From the NCBI GenBank assembly GCA_030601705.1, contig JAUWBM010000003.1, positions 1 to 62,891 of the forward strand: a DNA stretch of 62,891 nt, given 5' to 3'. Shown here in pieces: positions 49,256-59,240 of this stretch. The DNA is from Thermoplasmatota archaeon (GTDB lineage Archaea; Thermoplasmatota; E2; DHVEG-1). Position 1 is the stretch's first letter. Every line of letters starts with the position of its first letter. Position numbers and translations under genes: made by a program. The notes under the pieces were generated by a model. The model had not been told where the DNA came from. It worked only from the letters and a program-made list of their open reading frames with translations, and made no database searches.

Positions 49256-50374
49256 TTAGTATGCTCTTTTTGACTTCATTATATATATAGTGATGCCGAT
49301 AAGGGTAACTATACTGACCCCTACCAAGATTATTAATATAAATGGATTTAAATCTAAGAAGAAATAAGAAATAAACGGTCCTCCCATAATTATTGTAAGT
49401 AATATAAAAGCTCTTAATACTGCGTTTACTACCGATTCCTCCAATGTACTTCTACTTATATCCTCTGATATTTGCTGAATGTCTTTCATTCCAATTTTTG
49501 TCTTCTCATGGACTTTAAAATGAACCCAATTTTTTTCAAAATTAAGTTTTTGTAATCGATAAATTTCGTGTTCAATTTCAGTTTTAAGCTCAAGGTATAC
49601 ACTATTATTCATATTATCTTTATTTTTTTCTAAAAATGTAATTTTATTCTCAACTGAGGTAATATTATTTTTTGGGTTCGCTATTGCTAGTACAGGTATT
49701 TCTTCATATATTCTTTCTCTATATCGAACCGATTCATTTTGGTATCCAAAAAGAAAAATTAGAAATAGGATAATAAAAACCAAGATTGAATAGCTTTCAA
49801 TATTGCTGATTTCTTTCGAAATATCATATACTTTCAAGAAAATAATATTTCCTGTTACATTTTGATATATGCTACCTCCAGTTAGTATGAGAAAAAAAAT
49901 AAAAAGATAAAGAAAGAGAAAAAGGCGGGCTTCCTTAGTTTCATAAAATCGCTTTTCTAGACCTTGTAGCTTTTCTCTTTTTTCCCAAAATTTATCCACG
50001 GATGACTTAAGATAGGATAAATAAGATATATTGAAATTTTGAGTAGTTGCATCAATATCAATTTTTTCCTTTTTATTCTTATGTGTAAATTTCTGCAATA
50101 CCTCTTTTACAGAGCTGTCTGTATAATGTTTTAAAAATTTGTTTGGTCTTACAATAATCTTCAGTATGTAGGGTTGAATCGCACTCATTGCAATAGCAAT
50201 TATCCCTGCCAAAAAAAGTAAACTTGTAGCAGTTATTAAATCTTTAAGCTGATTTATTAAAAATAATCCAAGTAGTAAAATTATATATGCGGGAGTAAAA
50301 TTTCCAATAAGTTCCTTTAATCCAACAGAAAAACCATTCTTATTTTCATCCAATATTGATTCCTCTTTCTCCAC
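49256..50374 (-). CDS. Multi-TM hypothetical membrane protein
   Basis: About six TM segments, very AT-rich. Confidence 0.65.
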   Translation of the reverse strand: MEKEESILDENKNGFSVGLKELIGNFTPAYIILLLGLFLINQLKDLITATSLLFLAGIIAIAMSAIQPYILKIIVRPNKFLKHYTDSSVKEVLQKFTHKNKKEKIDIDATTQNFNISYLSYLKSSVDKFWEKREKLQGLEKRFYETKEARLFLFLYLFIFFLILTGGSIYQNVTGNIIFLKVYDISKEISNIESYSILVFIILFLIFLFGYQNESVRYRERIYEEIPVLAIANPKNNITSVENKITFLEKNKDNMNNSVYLELKTEIEHEIYRLQKLNFEKNWVHFKVHEKTKIGMKDIQQISEDISRSTLEESVVNAVLRAFILLTIIMGGPFISYFFLDLNPFILIILVGVSIVTLIGITIYIMKSKRAY

Positions 50375-50513
50375 TAATTTAACAGGAGATTCCTATTTAA
50401 ACATTGGTTATAAGGATTCTGTTGAATATTGGTGTGTTGAAAATGGCGTGGTATTTGTTTTCAAGCCGAACAATCAACAATTTAAATAATATACAATTCT
50501 ATTAAGAAAAAAT

Positions 50514-50729
50514 ATGGTAAAGTGTTATAATTGTGGAAAAACCGATGCTGACGAAATTTTTCGTAAACCTGCTGGTGATTATATTTGCTATCCATGCCTT
50601 AAAAAATTCTTATCTGCATTAGAAAACGCCAATCCAGATTCTTTTAACTGTGAAAAAGAAATACATCAATTAATTTGTAAAGAGCAGGTTGAGAGATGTA
50701 TTGATGTTGTGTGTGCAGGACGTATTTGA
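50514..50729 (+). CDS. Small C4 Zn-finger protein
   Basis: CYNC...ICYPC. TTTAAATA about 25 bp upstream. Confidence 0.6.
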   Translation: MVKCYNCGKTDADEIFRKPAGDYICYPCLKKFLSALENANPDSFNCEKEIHQLICKEQVERCIDVVCAGRI

Positions 50730-50731
50730 TT

Positions 50732-50800
50732 TACCTCCCGCTATTCACCACCCGAACCAGTCACCACCCGACACCCGCAGATTCAACAGTGCAGAAAATC
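50732..50800 (-). repeat. Repeat A, right copy
   Basis: Reverse complement of 45920-45987. Confidence 0.9.
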
Positions 50801-50876
50801 ATTAGATTTAAATACCATAAATGCAACGGCTAAAGCCCCCTCTTAGGAGTGGACAAATTCAACGAGAGAATGTAAA

Positions 50877-51347
50877 ATGAAACCCTGGATTGAAATATCG
50901 AGTGAATATCGTTTCGAAAAGAAAATATCGGGTGAAAGCGGACTATACGCACCAGCGATGACTAGATATATTAACATGATGAAAGAGATAAGACCTGGCG
51001 ACATAATTTTACATTACATAACTGTCCACGGTGCTAAAAAGGAGCACGCCAGTTCAATCATTGGAATTTCTAAAGCACATTCCAGAATGACCGCTAGGAG
51101 TTCTAGATTAACTGTAGATTTGGAAGACATCCATGTTCTGCCTTATCCCATAAACCGAAATGATATTTTTGAAATAGATGAAAAACTGCTCAGTCTCAAG
51201 AACTTGATACGTGTTAATTTTCAAAGATACCTTTCAGAAATAAGTGTAGGAGACCTAAAAACAATTTTGGAAATACATCCTGAAAACATTGATTTCGTTA
51301 GAAAATTAAAATCATATCGTGAACTTTTTAGCCGAGGCTATCGATGA
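50877..51347 (+). CDS. EVE/PUA-like domain protein
   Basis: MKEIRPGDIILHY...IIGIS and FQRYL pattern, adjacent to the RM genes. Confidence 0.5.
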   Translation: MKPWIEISSEYRFEKKISGESGLYAPAMTRYINMMKEIRPGDIILHYITVHGAKKEHASSIIGISKAHSRMTARSSRLTVDLEDIHVLPYPINRNDIFEIDEKLLSLKNLIRVNFQRYLSEISVGDLKTILEIHPENIDFVRKLKSYRELFSRGYR

Positions 51348-51744
51348 CTTTTTTCACCGCACCTTGAGAATTTTCTTTAATTTCATGTTCCCATATGCGT
51401 ATTACTTTCCAACCCTTGGATTTAAGAGCTTTATTTGTTTTTTTATCCCTCTCGATATTCCGTTGGATTTTTGGCAGCCAATAGTCTTTATTAGAGCGGG
51501 GCAATCTACAACATTTAGGGCACTTGTGCCAGAAACAGCCATCGATAAAAATCGCAATTTTCTTTGAAACAATCACGATATCTGGTTTTCCCTCCACTGG
51601 GTAATGTATCCTGTATCGTATCCCTTTTGAATATAGGAGTTTTCTGAAAATAATTTCTGGTTTTGTATCCTTGCCTTTTATTTTAGCCATTATCTGGCTT
51701 CTCTGTTCCTTGGTAAAAGTGTCAACCACTTTAACACGTCTCAA
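51328..51744 (-). CDS. vsr: Very short patch repair endonuclease
   Basis: DTKPE, GKPDI, FIDGCFWH and IWEH motifs. Confidence 0.93.
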   Translation of the reverse strand: MRRVKVVDTFTKEQRSQIMAKIKGKDTKPEIIFRKLLYSKGIRYRIHYPVEGKPDIVIVSKKIAIFIDGCFWHKCPKCCRLPRSNKDYWLPKIQRNIERDKKTNKALKSKGWKVIRIWEHEIKENSQGAVKKVIDSLG

Positions 51745-51795
51745 ATACTTATGTTTCGATTAATTTAATATATGCATAACTATTTAGTATTTACA

Positions 51796-52785
51796 ATGGC
51801 GGATTCTATTAAATTTATTGACCTTTTTGCTGGTATCGGGGGTACAAGAATTCCCTTTGATGAATTGGGATGCGAATGCGTTTTTTCCTCAGAACTAGAT
51901 AAGTACGCCCAAGAAATGTATGAGGCGAATTTCGGCGAAAAGCCTCAGGGGGACATAACAAAAACCCCTTCTGATAAAATACCCAGCCATGACATATTGT
52001 TGGCGGGTTTTCCATGTCAGGCATTCAGCATTATGGGCAAAGGATTGGGTTTTACGGACACCCGTGGAACGCTATTTTTTGAAATCGAGAGAATCCTAAG
52101 AGAGAAGAAGCCGAAAGCCTTTTTATTGGAGAACGTCAAGCAGCTTGTCACTCATAACAACAGAAGAACATTCAAAGTGATTCGTATGAAACTTGAACAA
52201 TTGGGCTATCATACCCACTGGAAAGTTTTAAATTCATTGGACTATGGATTGCCTCAAAAGAGAGAAAGAGTAATCATTGTAGGTTTCAAGGAAAATTATC
52301 CCTTTTGCTTTCCGAAGCCATTTGATAAGAGAATCCCTTTAAAAGAAATAATAGAAGACCATTCAAAGGTTCATAAAAAATATTTTGTTTCTCAGCAGAT
52401 ACTAAAAAAGAGAAAGGAGAAGACGAAGGGAAGAGAAATTCCCAGACCGTCTATTTGGCATGAGAATAAGGCAGGCGATATTGGAATACATGAATTTTCA
52501 TGTGCTTTAAGGGCAGGGGCTTCCTACAACTACCTATTGGTTGATGGGATAAGAAGACTCACACCGAGAGAACAATTACTTTTACAGGGATTCCCGAAGG
52601 ATTTTAAAATAGTTGTATCAGACACTCAATTGAGGAAATTAGCGGGCAACAGCATTCCTGTTCCCATGATAAGGGCGGTAGCAAAAGAAATGATAAAGGC
52701 TATGAACTCTGAACCGCTACATTCTATATTGAATGTTGTAAATGGAAAATCCCAGACAACGATGAGGACGGTGATGTGTGATTAA
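51796..52785 (+). CDS. dcm: DNA (cytosine-5)-methyltransferase
   Basis: DLFAGIGG, GFPCQ, ENV, PQKRER and GNS motifs. Confidence 0.95.
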   Translation: MADSIKFIDLFAGIGGTRIPFDELGCECVFSSELDKYAQEMYEANFGEKPQGDITKTPSDKIPSHDILLAGFPCQAFSIMGKGLGFTDTRGTLFFEIERILREKKPKAFLLENVKQLVTHNNRRTFKVIRMKLEQLGYHTHWKVLNSLDYGLPQKRERVIIVGFKENYPFCFPKPFDKRIPLKEIIEDHSKVHKKYFVSQQILKKRKEKTKGREIPRPSIWHENKAGDIGIHEFSCALRAGASYNYLLVDGIRRLTPREQLLLQGFPKDFKIVVSDTQLRKLAGNSIPVPMIRAVAKEMIKAMNSEPLHSILNVVNGKSQTTMRTVMCD

Positions 52786-53830
52786 AAGCAAATCGGCATT
52801 GGATAAAATAATAAGAAAAAGCAGGGTGCATCTTTACAAACCAATCCAAATTGCTGAGATATTATATCATTATAGATATGGAGACGATATAGACCCTTCT
52901 CAAGTAGAGACTTATAGAAATATCAGCAAAAGATGGAGAGATGAAGTAACCAAACGGTTGATAGGAAGAGTGTCCACCTCTTCCCAGAAATATCAAGATA
53001 ATTTATTTGAACCTAATGCTATGCCCCCTGAACTTCTAAATGAATTGACGGAGTTTAACAATAAAAAAAAGGGTTTGGTAGAGAATTACATCTATCATAA
53101 ACTTCAAAACAGATTATCCATGGTTCTTGAAGCATTTAGTTATATTGAAACTGCGGCAACCAAAACATTTGACTTGGGAGAATATTTGTCATTGTTTTCT
53201 AAGACAGCAGGGTTAAAAAGGAGCATTGACAAGGCATACGAGATAACGGTTTATGCTCTATTCAGTACAATCGTTAGTGCTCTGCGAGTAAAAGTTAGTT
53301 TATCGATTGAAAATCTAGATAAAGAAATTTTGGAAGATTTTGAGTCTTTCATAGAAATGGTGTTGGGGCTTTCCAAAGACAACACAACCATAGAAATTCC
53401 TGCCAGGTTATTTAGGGTTGGAGTTACTAATGCAGCGGATAGAGGACTGGACATGTGGGCAAATTTCGGTCCAGCGGTTCAGGTTAAGCATGTTAGTTTA
53501 AGCGAAGAACTTGCTGAAGACGTTTCCGATAACATAAGTGCAGATAGGATAATCTTAGTTTGTCTTGATGGAGAAGCCGACACCATTGATAGGGTTATGA
53601 AACAACTGCCTTTTAGTGAAAGGATACAGGGAATAATTACTAAATCCGATTTAATAGACTGGTATGCCATTTGCTTATCAAAAAAATATCGTGAATCCTT
53701 AGGTAAACAACTGCTATTGAATTTGAGAAGGGAGTTTAATTTCGAGTTTCCTTCAACCAAAGAGATTAAGCCTTTTTTGAAAGAAAGAGGTTATGACCCA
53801 GCAAAACTTGGAGGTGAATGGTCAGTTTAA
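52778..53830 (+). CDS. Type II restriction endonuclease, HaeII family
   Basis: KSRVHLYKPIQIAEILY and TNAADRGLDMW.NFG..VQVKH motifs. Overlaps the MTase. Confidence 0.8.
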   Translation: MIKSKSALDKIIRKSRVHLYKPIQIAEILYHYRYGDDIDPSQVETYRNISKRWRDEVTKRLIGRVSTSSQKYQDNLFEPNAMPPELLNELTEFNNKKKGLVENYIYHKLQNRLSMVLEAFSYIETAATKTFDLGEYLSLFSKTAGLKRSIDKAYEITVYALFSTIVSALRVKVSLSIENLDKEILEDFESFIEMVLGLSKDNTTIEIPARLFRVGVTNAADRGLDMWANFGPAVQVKHVSLSEELAEDVSDNISADRIILVCLDGEADTIDRVMKQLPFSERIQGIITKSDLIDWYAICLSKKYRESLGKQLLLNLRREFNFEFPSTKEIKPFLKERGYDPAKLGGEWSV

Positions 53831-53934
53831 TTTTCACCGTCTATTTCGCCTCTATTGTTGCCAGATTTCAATGTTCCTGTGAGTAGTTCTTGATTTTGTA
53901 GCTTATGATTCGTCCAACTTTTGCTAACTATCAC

Positions 53935-54105
53935 TTATTTTTCAGGTTTTACAATAATTATTATTTCTCCTTTTCCTGCTTTCAAAGTCCAATCAAGTTT
54001 ATCCCCTTCCTTTAGGTTAAATTGATGTACAATACCTGCAGGAACTGTTGTGCGAAGAGACTTGGTTTTGGTAGAGGCTTTAGCTACGGTTGTTTTAAAT
54101 CCCAT
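53935..54105 (-). CDS. AbrB/MazE/SpoVT-like DNA-binding protein
   Basis: SLRTTVP..IV..FNLKEGDKL.W. Confidence 0.75.
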   Translation of the reverse strand: MGFKTTVAKASTKTKSLRTTVPAGIVHQFNLKEGDKLDWTLKAGKGEIIIIVKPEK

Positions 54106-54148
54106 AGTAATCAAACTAGAATAAGTCATTTGCTATATATAATACTAT

Positions 54149-54243
54149 CTACCTAATTAAATACTTTTTATGCTGTATCTTCTTCTACCTAAAAATTTAA
54201 ATACTATGAAGACCAATATACATATAGGTAGCAAATTAGGTAG
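54149..54243. promoter_or_regulatory. Operator-like array of four CTACCTA/TAGGTAG sites between divergent genes
   Basis: Sites at 54149, 54185, 54225 and 54237. The outer pair forms a perfect 10-bp inverted repeat. Confidence 0.45.
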
Positions 54244-54360
54244 CTAACCACAAATAAAAATTGGAATGTGAAAAAATGAAACACAATAAAAAATCCAACG
54301 CAAGGCTGATGACAAACAAAAGGAGAATGCAACCCATAAGAAAAACGTTGGAGGGAAAAT

Positions 54361-55452
54361 ATGACATCTGTTAAGTTAGGAATGGATGGTAAGACTACGA
54401 TAATTAACATTTGCATTCAAGAGGAAGAGATTTATCGTTTTTTACAGGGTGTTGAGGAAGAAAAAAGGGCTGAACGGCTGGTGAGTGCATTAAGAATAGG
54501 TATCCTCGGTCTGAAACAGATGGGCATTGGAGAAAATGTGGATTATGTTGAAAAAGAGTTCAACATGATGTTGTCCAAATTTGAAAAAATGTTTAATCCA
54601 GCTATAGAGTGTCATCTGGGTAAATTATCTAATCTGCTCACAGAGTATTTCGACAAAGATGGTAAAATAGAGAGCATTTTTGACCCCATGACTGAAAATA
54701 CCCCTCTCGGTAAATTACGAAGAGAACTCCTTGGAGAGATTAACAAGATTAGGGATATGCTTGTAAAAAAGGATGCTAAGGAGGAAGTTATCAATTCTAC
54801 ACCATTAAAAGGATATGAATTTGAAGATACATGTGAAGAGATTCTCAGCGAGATTGTCAGCAATCATATAGGTGACGAGCTAGAAAGAAAAACCAACGAA
54901 GTAGGTGAAATAACTGGATGCATGGCAGGTGACTTCGTAATATCACTGAAAGATATGCTTAGCAAAAAAATTGTTTTTGAAATAAAGGATGTTGAGAATA
55001 TTTCCCAACCAATGATAATAGAAACCATGGAAAGAGCCATGAGCAACCGTGGAGCATCATATGGGATTTTTGTCGTAAAATACAAAGAGGGAATCCCAAG
55101 AAAGATTGGGATTTTCAATGAATTTAGAGAAAACATTGCAGTGATAGCAATGGGGAGCAAGGAGGAAGAAACGTTTTTTCCAGAGCTTTTGCATGTTGCA
55201 TATCAATGGGCAAGATTAAAACTGAACGCAGAAACGACCATGCAACAAAAATCTGTAAAGATATTAGATGAAGGCATCAAACAGATATCTGAGAAATTGG
55301 AAGTTTTCGCTCAAATCAAAAGACAGTGCAGTAATGTTGACAAATCTATTGCTCAGATTAGGGAACATTCTGATGATTTGAAGAATGACATAGAAGAGCA
55401 TATAAGACGAATCCAAAAGGCATTATTGAATGGGGATGAAGATGATAGATAA
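54361..55452 (+). CDS. Coiled-coil protein with an RmuC/DUF2130-like PD-(D/E)xK domain
   Basis: KGYEFE...GDFVI...VFEIK flanked by coiled coils. Confidence 0.6.
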   Translation: MTSVKLGMDGKTTIINICIQEEEIYRFLQGVEEEKRAERLVSALRIGILGLKQMGIGENVDYVEKEFNMMLSKFEKMFNPAIECHLGKLSNLLTEYFDKDGKIESIFDPMTENTPLGKLRRELLGEINKIRDMLVKKDAKEEVINSTPLKGYEFEDTCEEILSEIVSNHIGDELERKTNEVGEITGCMAGDFVISLKDMLSKKIVFEIKDVENISQPMIIETMERAMSNRGASYGIFVVKYKEGIPRKIGIFNEFRENIAVIAMGSKEEETFFPELLHVAYQWARLKLNAETTMQQKSVKILDEGIKQISEKLEVFAQIKRQCSNVDKSIAQIREHSDDLKNDIEEHIRRIQKALLNGDEDDR

Positions 55453-55933
55453 TAAATGGTTCTGCGAGCCTAATGAACAAAGAGAGTCCTGGTGTTTTCT
55501 TTTTTTGCAAATGAATGACCATTGCGTCATTTGTAGGTGGGAAGTCGGCTACGGAAATCCAACAATGTTGGTTCGTAAGGTTACAAACCGTAAATCACGG
55601 GAGAGAGAAATTATCAAGGAATTGCTGCGAGAACTATATTACTGTAGGAAAGAAAGTATTACGCTCATCACGTACGGATATGATGTTCTTTCAATGCTCA
55701 GAACACGCATTATTCTCCTCGACATCGAAGATACAAGTCTCCATGGAGTAAAACACATCTCCATAGAGAAACTCTTGGAAGAATATTTTCTGCTTGATGT
55801 AATCAAGTCATCTACTATGCTGGAGTTAGCTAAGAAAATGAATATCAGACAGGATGAGTCGAACAAAGTCCAATTGCTTTGGCATATTTTTCTGAGAATA
55901 GGACCAATGCTTCCAACTGGGGTAATATCATGA
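55430..55933 (+). CDS. Hypothetical protein
   Basis: Overlaps both neighbours in an operon. Confidence 0.55.
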   Translation: MGMKMIDNKWFCEPNEQRESWCFLFLQMNDHCVICRWEVGYGNPTMLVRKVTNRKSREREIIKELLRELYYCRKESITLITYGYDVLSMLRTRIILLDIEDTSLHGVKHISIEKLLEEYFLLDVIKSSTMLELAKKMNIRQDESNKVQLLWHIFLRIGPMLPTGVIS

Positions 55934-56412
55934 GAGACAACCTTGAAAGAGTAACCATCGTCCTAACGAAGGAGCAGCATCAACGGTTCAAGGAATACTC
56001 TAAAAGATACCACGGTAGCCTCAGCCAGTTCCTACGCATGGCTGGTGAGAATGAGGCTGATGAAAACAATGGCTCTGATGTGCTCAACCTTCGCCCTATC
56101 ATCAAGAAACTGGAAATGATAGGAAGCATCGTTCAACAGATGGATGAAAGGCTAAAGAGAACCGAAAGTGGAACCAACTACGTTGTTGACAAGCTCGGTA
56201 GCAAAATAGAGAAAGTAGCTGAGGACATTGCAGAGATTCTTCTCCATAAAGGACATCTAAGTATTCCTGAAATGGGGAACTATCTACCATATACTCAGGA
56301 GGAAATTATATCAGGAGTTGAAAAACTAGAGGGCAAATTTGCAATAATAAGAATCAAGCAGTTGACTGCTCCATCAAAGTGGAAGATTAGAGGCGATGGA
56401 AATGCAAACTAA
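55930..56412 (+). CDS. RHH-like, coiled-coil and wHTH-like protein
   Basis: RVTIVL...SLSQFLR. Architecture parallels 58354-58824. Confidence 0.55.
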   Translation: MRDNLERVTIVLTKEQHQRFKEYSKRYHGSLSQFLRMAGENEADENNGSDVLNLRPIIKKLEMIGSIVQQMDERLKRTESGTNYVVDKLGSKIEKVAEDIAEILLHKGHLSIPEMGNYLPYTQEEIISGVEKLEGKFAIIRIKQLTAPSKWKIRGDGNAN

Positions 56413-57319
56413 AAAAACGGCAGACCAGCTAATCAAAGAACATCTAAAGGACTGCGAGGCAAGGCTATCGCCACATACTGTGAGGAACCATAGAGTATGC
56501 CTGAAAGCCTTCACAAAATTCCTTGGCAAGAAAGCGATAACAGATGCGACGAAGAGTGACGTAAGAAGATTTTTGAACGATATGACACAGAGAGGTAGAG
56601 CCAAATCTACACTCATCGGCAAATTCTTCATAATATGCTCCTTTTTCAGATACGTTGAAGTGTATCAGGGTATATCTATGCCCTGTTTGGATGATATAGA
56701 TGTTAATGATTATACCAGAGGAACTTGGGAGGGGCAGAAGAGAGAAGCACTCACTAAGGGCGAAATAAGAGCCCTCATTGAAGCTCCAGATAATTTAAGA
56801 GATACTCTCTTAATCGCATTCCTGTATTTTGGTGGTTTCAGAGTTAACGAAGTCGCATTATTGAAAATTGAAAATGTAGACATAGAGAATAGAATCATTG
56901 GAGTAATAGGGAAAGGAAACAAACCAAGAAGGGTTCCATATTCCTCTAAACTAGACAGAGCGATTCATTTCTGGTTGCATAAAGAGAGAAGGAGCTACGT
57001 CAATTCTAACAGCCCCTATTTCTTCCCTTCTAAGCATGGAGAACACCTTAATCCAAAATCAATCAGCAACATGGTTCACAAGAATGCTGTAAAAGCAGGG
57101 ATACAAAAGGTGATAGGGAGAAAAGCTGATGGGATAAAAATATACAGAGTTCATCCTCATATTCTCCGTCACAGCTATGCGACCCATGCAGCAGACGATG
57201 AAATACCGATAACTCTCATTCAAAAGATGATGGGACATAGTCGTATAAGCACTACTATTGGATATATGGGAGAAACGAATGGTTTCAAATCATATTATGA
57301 AAAATTTAAAGGGGTATGA
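56396..57319 (+). CDS. XerA/XerC-like tyrosine recombinase
   Basis: SAM-like N-terminal domain, then GFRVNE, GKGNK, HILRH, MGH and TIGY (complete catalytic set). Confidence 0.9.
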   Translation: MEMQTKKTADQLIKEHLKDCEARLSPHTVRNHRVCLKAFTKFLGKKAITDATKSDVRRFLNDMTQRGRAKSTLIGKFFIICSFFRYVEVYQGISMPCLDDIDVNDYTRGTWEGQKREALTKGEIRALIEAPDNLRDTLLIAFLYFGGFRVNEVALLKIENVDIENRIIGVIGKGNKPRRVPYSSKLDRAIHFWLHKERRSYVNSNSPYFFPSKHGEHLNPKSISNMVHKNAVKAGIQKVIGRKADGIKIYRVHPHILRHSYATHAADDEIPITLIQKMMGHSRISTTIGYMGETNGFKSYYEKFKGV

Positions 57320-57348
57320 AATGCCCCTCGAAAAATTTTGAGACCACA

Positions 57349-58140
57349 TCAAGAATTAAGATATCGTCTTAACCATTCTTCTTCGTCCTCAGGTACTTTT
57401 CTAAACAGCAATTTCTTTGCCAATTCAGTTTGGTAAAATACTCTCCTAGGATTACAATCGAACAACCTGCGACTGCTTTTTCCATATAGTTTTTCCATTG
57501 CCTTTTGTGCCAAAACTCCTGATTTAGCAATATATTTTTCTACAGTTCTCATATCTTCCCACCCGCCAAAAACCTGCAAAGCTTTTGAGGGGAGTCCGTC
57601 CCATGCAAGTTTGGTGGCGGCAGTTGCCCGAAGAGCATGAGGGTAGACATCTATTCCTGCTACTCTCCCGAGGTTTTTAATTCGAAGATTAACGTTCTTT
57701 GTAGTATATGGACATTTCGTATACTTTGACATTACTTCTTTCAAAACCCACTCGATTTCTTGGCTAAATCCAAAAGGAATGATTCTGGCACCGGCTTCGC
57801 TCTTTGGTTGCCAATATTCCTTCGATACTTCTTCCTTTGTGATATCCTTCAATACTTCTTCCTTTGTGACGTGTTTGCGTTTTTTTTTATTTTCAAATAG
57901 TTGTACACAATAGCTACAGGCACATGGTTCATAGGGAGGTATTACTATGATTTTTTTCTTAAAATCGACCCAGCGTTCTCGCATATGTGCTATTTCACCA
58001 CATCTTAACCCAAGTACGCCCATCACCAAAACTAGAAACATGTCCACTAACGGATTATTAGTCAACTCGCAGGCTTTCACCAATCGATTAAAATCTTCTT
58101 CACTAAGAGCATCATCCTTGGAATGCCTACCTTTCCTCAT
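57349..58140 (-). CDS. Catalytic-domain-only tyrosine recombinase with a CxCxxC insert
   Basis: GLRCGE, PKS, HALRA, GGW and EKY motifs, with CACSYC. Confidence 0.85.
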   Translation of the reverse strand: MRKGRHSKDDALSEEDFNRLVKACELTNNPLVDMFLVLVMGVLGLRCGEIAHMRERWVDFKKKIIVIPPYEPCACSYCVQLFENKKKRKHVTKEEVLKDITKEEVSKEYWQPKSEAGARIIPFGFSQEIEWVLKEVMSKYTKCPYTTKNVNLRIKNLGRVAGIDVYPHALRATAATKLAWDGLPSKALQVFGGWEDMRTVEKYIAKSGVLAQKAMEKLYGKSSRRLFDCNPRRVFYQTELAKKLLFRKVPEDEEEWLRRYLNS

Positions 58141-58367
58141 TCTACCCCTCCCAATTTATTTTGTTCCTTAGAATTTTTTGGTCGACCCAAGTCTCCTTTA
58201 TATGTGCTATTTCGCTGGCTCTCAATCCAGGGACTGCACCCCCCCATTATTGCTAATACGAGGTACTTATTTGCAATCGAGTTATCAATCTGTTCGCATG
58301 CTTTCATCAATTGCCTAAATTCTTCCTCGCTAAGGATGTTATCCCTGACAAATTTATTTCTCTTCAT
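58137..58367 (-). pseudogene. Truncated paralog of the 57349-58140 recombinase N-terminus
   Basis: DNILSEEEFRQLMKACE..N..YLVLAIMG versus DDALSEEDFNRLVKACE..N..FLVLVMG. Similarity stops before the catalytic Arg. Confidence 0.65.
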
Positions 58368-58824
58368 TTTTTTCCTCCTTCTGCATCTTATCCCCTCTTC
58401 GAGTTCCAATCAACTTCAAATCGATAAGCAAAGTGAGTGCTCCACTGATTATTTTTCGGTTATAGTTGAACATACCGACAAATTCAGAAAAAGTTTTATT
58501 TTCCCCCGATGGTAATAATTTCAAGATTTCTCTTGCTGCCTTAACAATTTCAGAATTATTTTCCTTATCAGCTAAGAGACGCATTGATAAAATTTCCACT
58601 TCTTCATGAGTTAACTCAAGGAGCTTATAGAGACCACTAATTGCGTCCTGTATTGGCTCCATTATTTTATCAGGTTTATTCTCCCTTTTAATAGCCGCCT
58701 CAACAGTATTTCGTACCATCGAAGAGAAACTACCATAACCCTTTGCAGTCTTGTATTTTTTCCACCTCTTGAATTGCTTTTCATCGTTAAGAACTAGGGA
58801 AACCCGAACGCTACCTTCTTTCAA
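58354..58824 (-). CDS. RHH-like, coiled-coil and wHTH-like protein
   Basis: RVSLVL...SFSSMVR and IISGAL, paralleling 55930-56412. Confidence 0.6.
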   Translation of the reverse strand: MKEGSVRVSLVLNDEKQFKRWKKYKTAKGYGSFSSMVRNTVEAAIKRENKPDKIMEPIQDAISGLYKLLELTHEEVEILSMRLLADKENNSEIVKAAREILKLLPSGENKTFSEFVGMFNYNRKIISGALTLLIDLKLIGTRRGDKMQKEEKNEEK

Positions 58825-59240
58825 TTGCTATCCCCCTCTCTAAAAACAAAACATGAAAGCAGGAGCAAAAGTATGTAAGAAATGCATAACATACGTCCCA
58901 CTTCTGTCACAAGTGCCACGGATGTTGCATACTCATTACATACTTCCTTCATAGATTTACGAAGCATCGTTTTTCCCTCTTTTTTGGCAAGCCAGCTTGC
59001 GTTCTTTTTTTTCAATTTCATTTAACAGAAACATAATTGCTTCTGTCCTTTGCATACCTGTTTTTGCTTTGAAATCATCAAAATTTTTAAAATCTAAAAA
59101 ATTCATAAGTCCTCTTCAAATAAAAATTTCCGAATTTTCTGTTCTCGCTTTTCTTCAATAAGCATATTAACAATAAAGATGCTTACTGGAATATATAGTA
59201 TGGTTTCCTTATTTGGGTAACTTCCAGATGGTAAATTGTT

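Noticed and set aside
45932-50788. Tn7/Mu-like transposon with TGT...ACA ends
   Set aside because: The inverted similarity extends beyond the TGT/ACA, there is no 5-bp target duplication, and no DDE transposase was seen.
27707-57319. Classical integron (the module starts with GTT and tyrosine recombinases are present)
   Set aside because: No attC palindrome fits between the stops and modules (often under 10 bp), and no IntI-specific insertion was recognised.
57821-57871. Short tandem repeat in the recombinase gene (VTKEEVLKD/ITKEEVSKE)
   Set aside because: An in-frame 27-bp duplication in a variable loop, with no evidence of a separate function.
58821-59021. 66-aa ORF upstream of the RHH-wHTH gene
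   Set aside because: It may be real given the 4-bp overlap, but it has no motif and too little support for a call.
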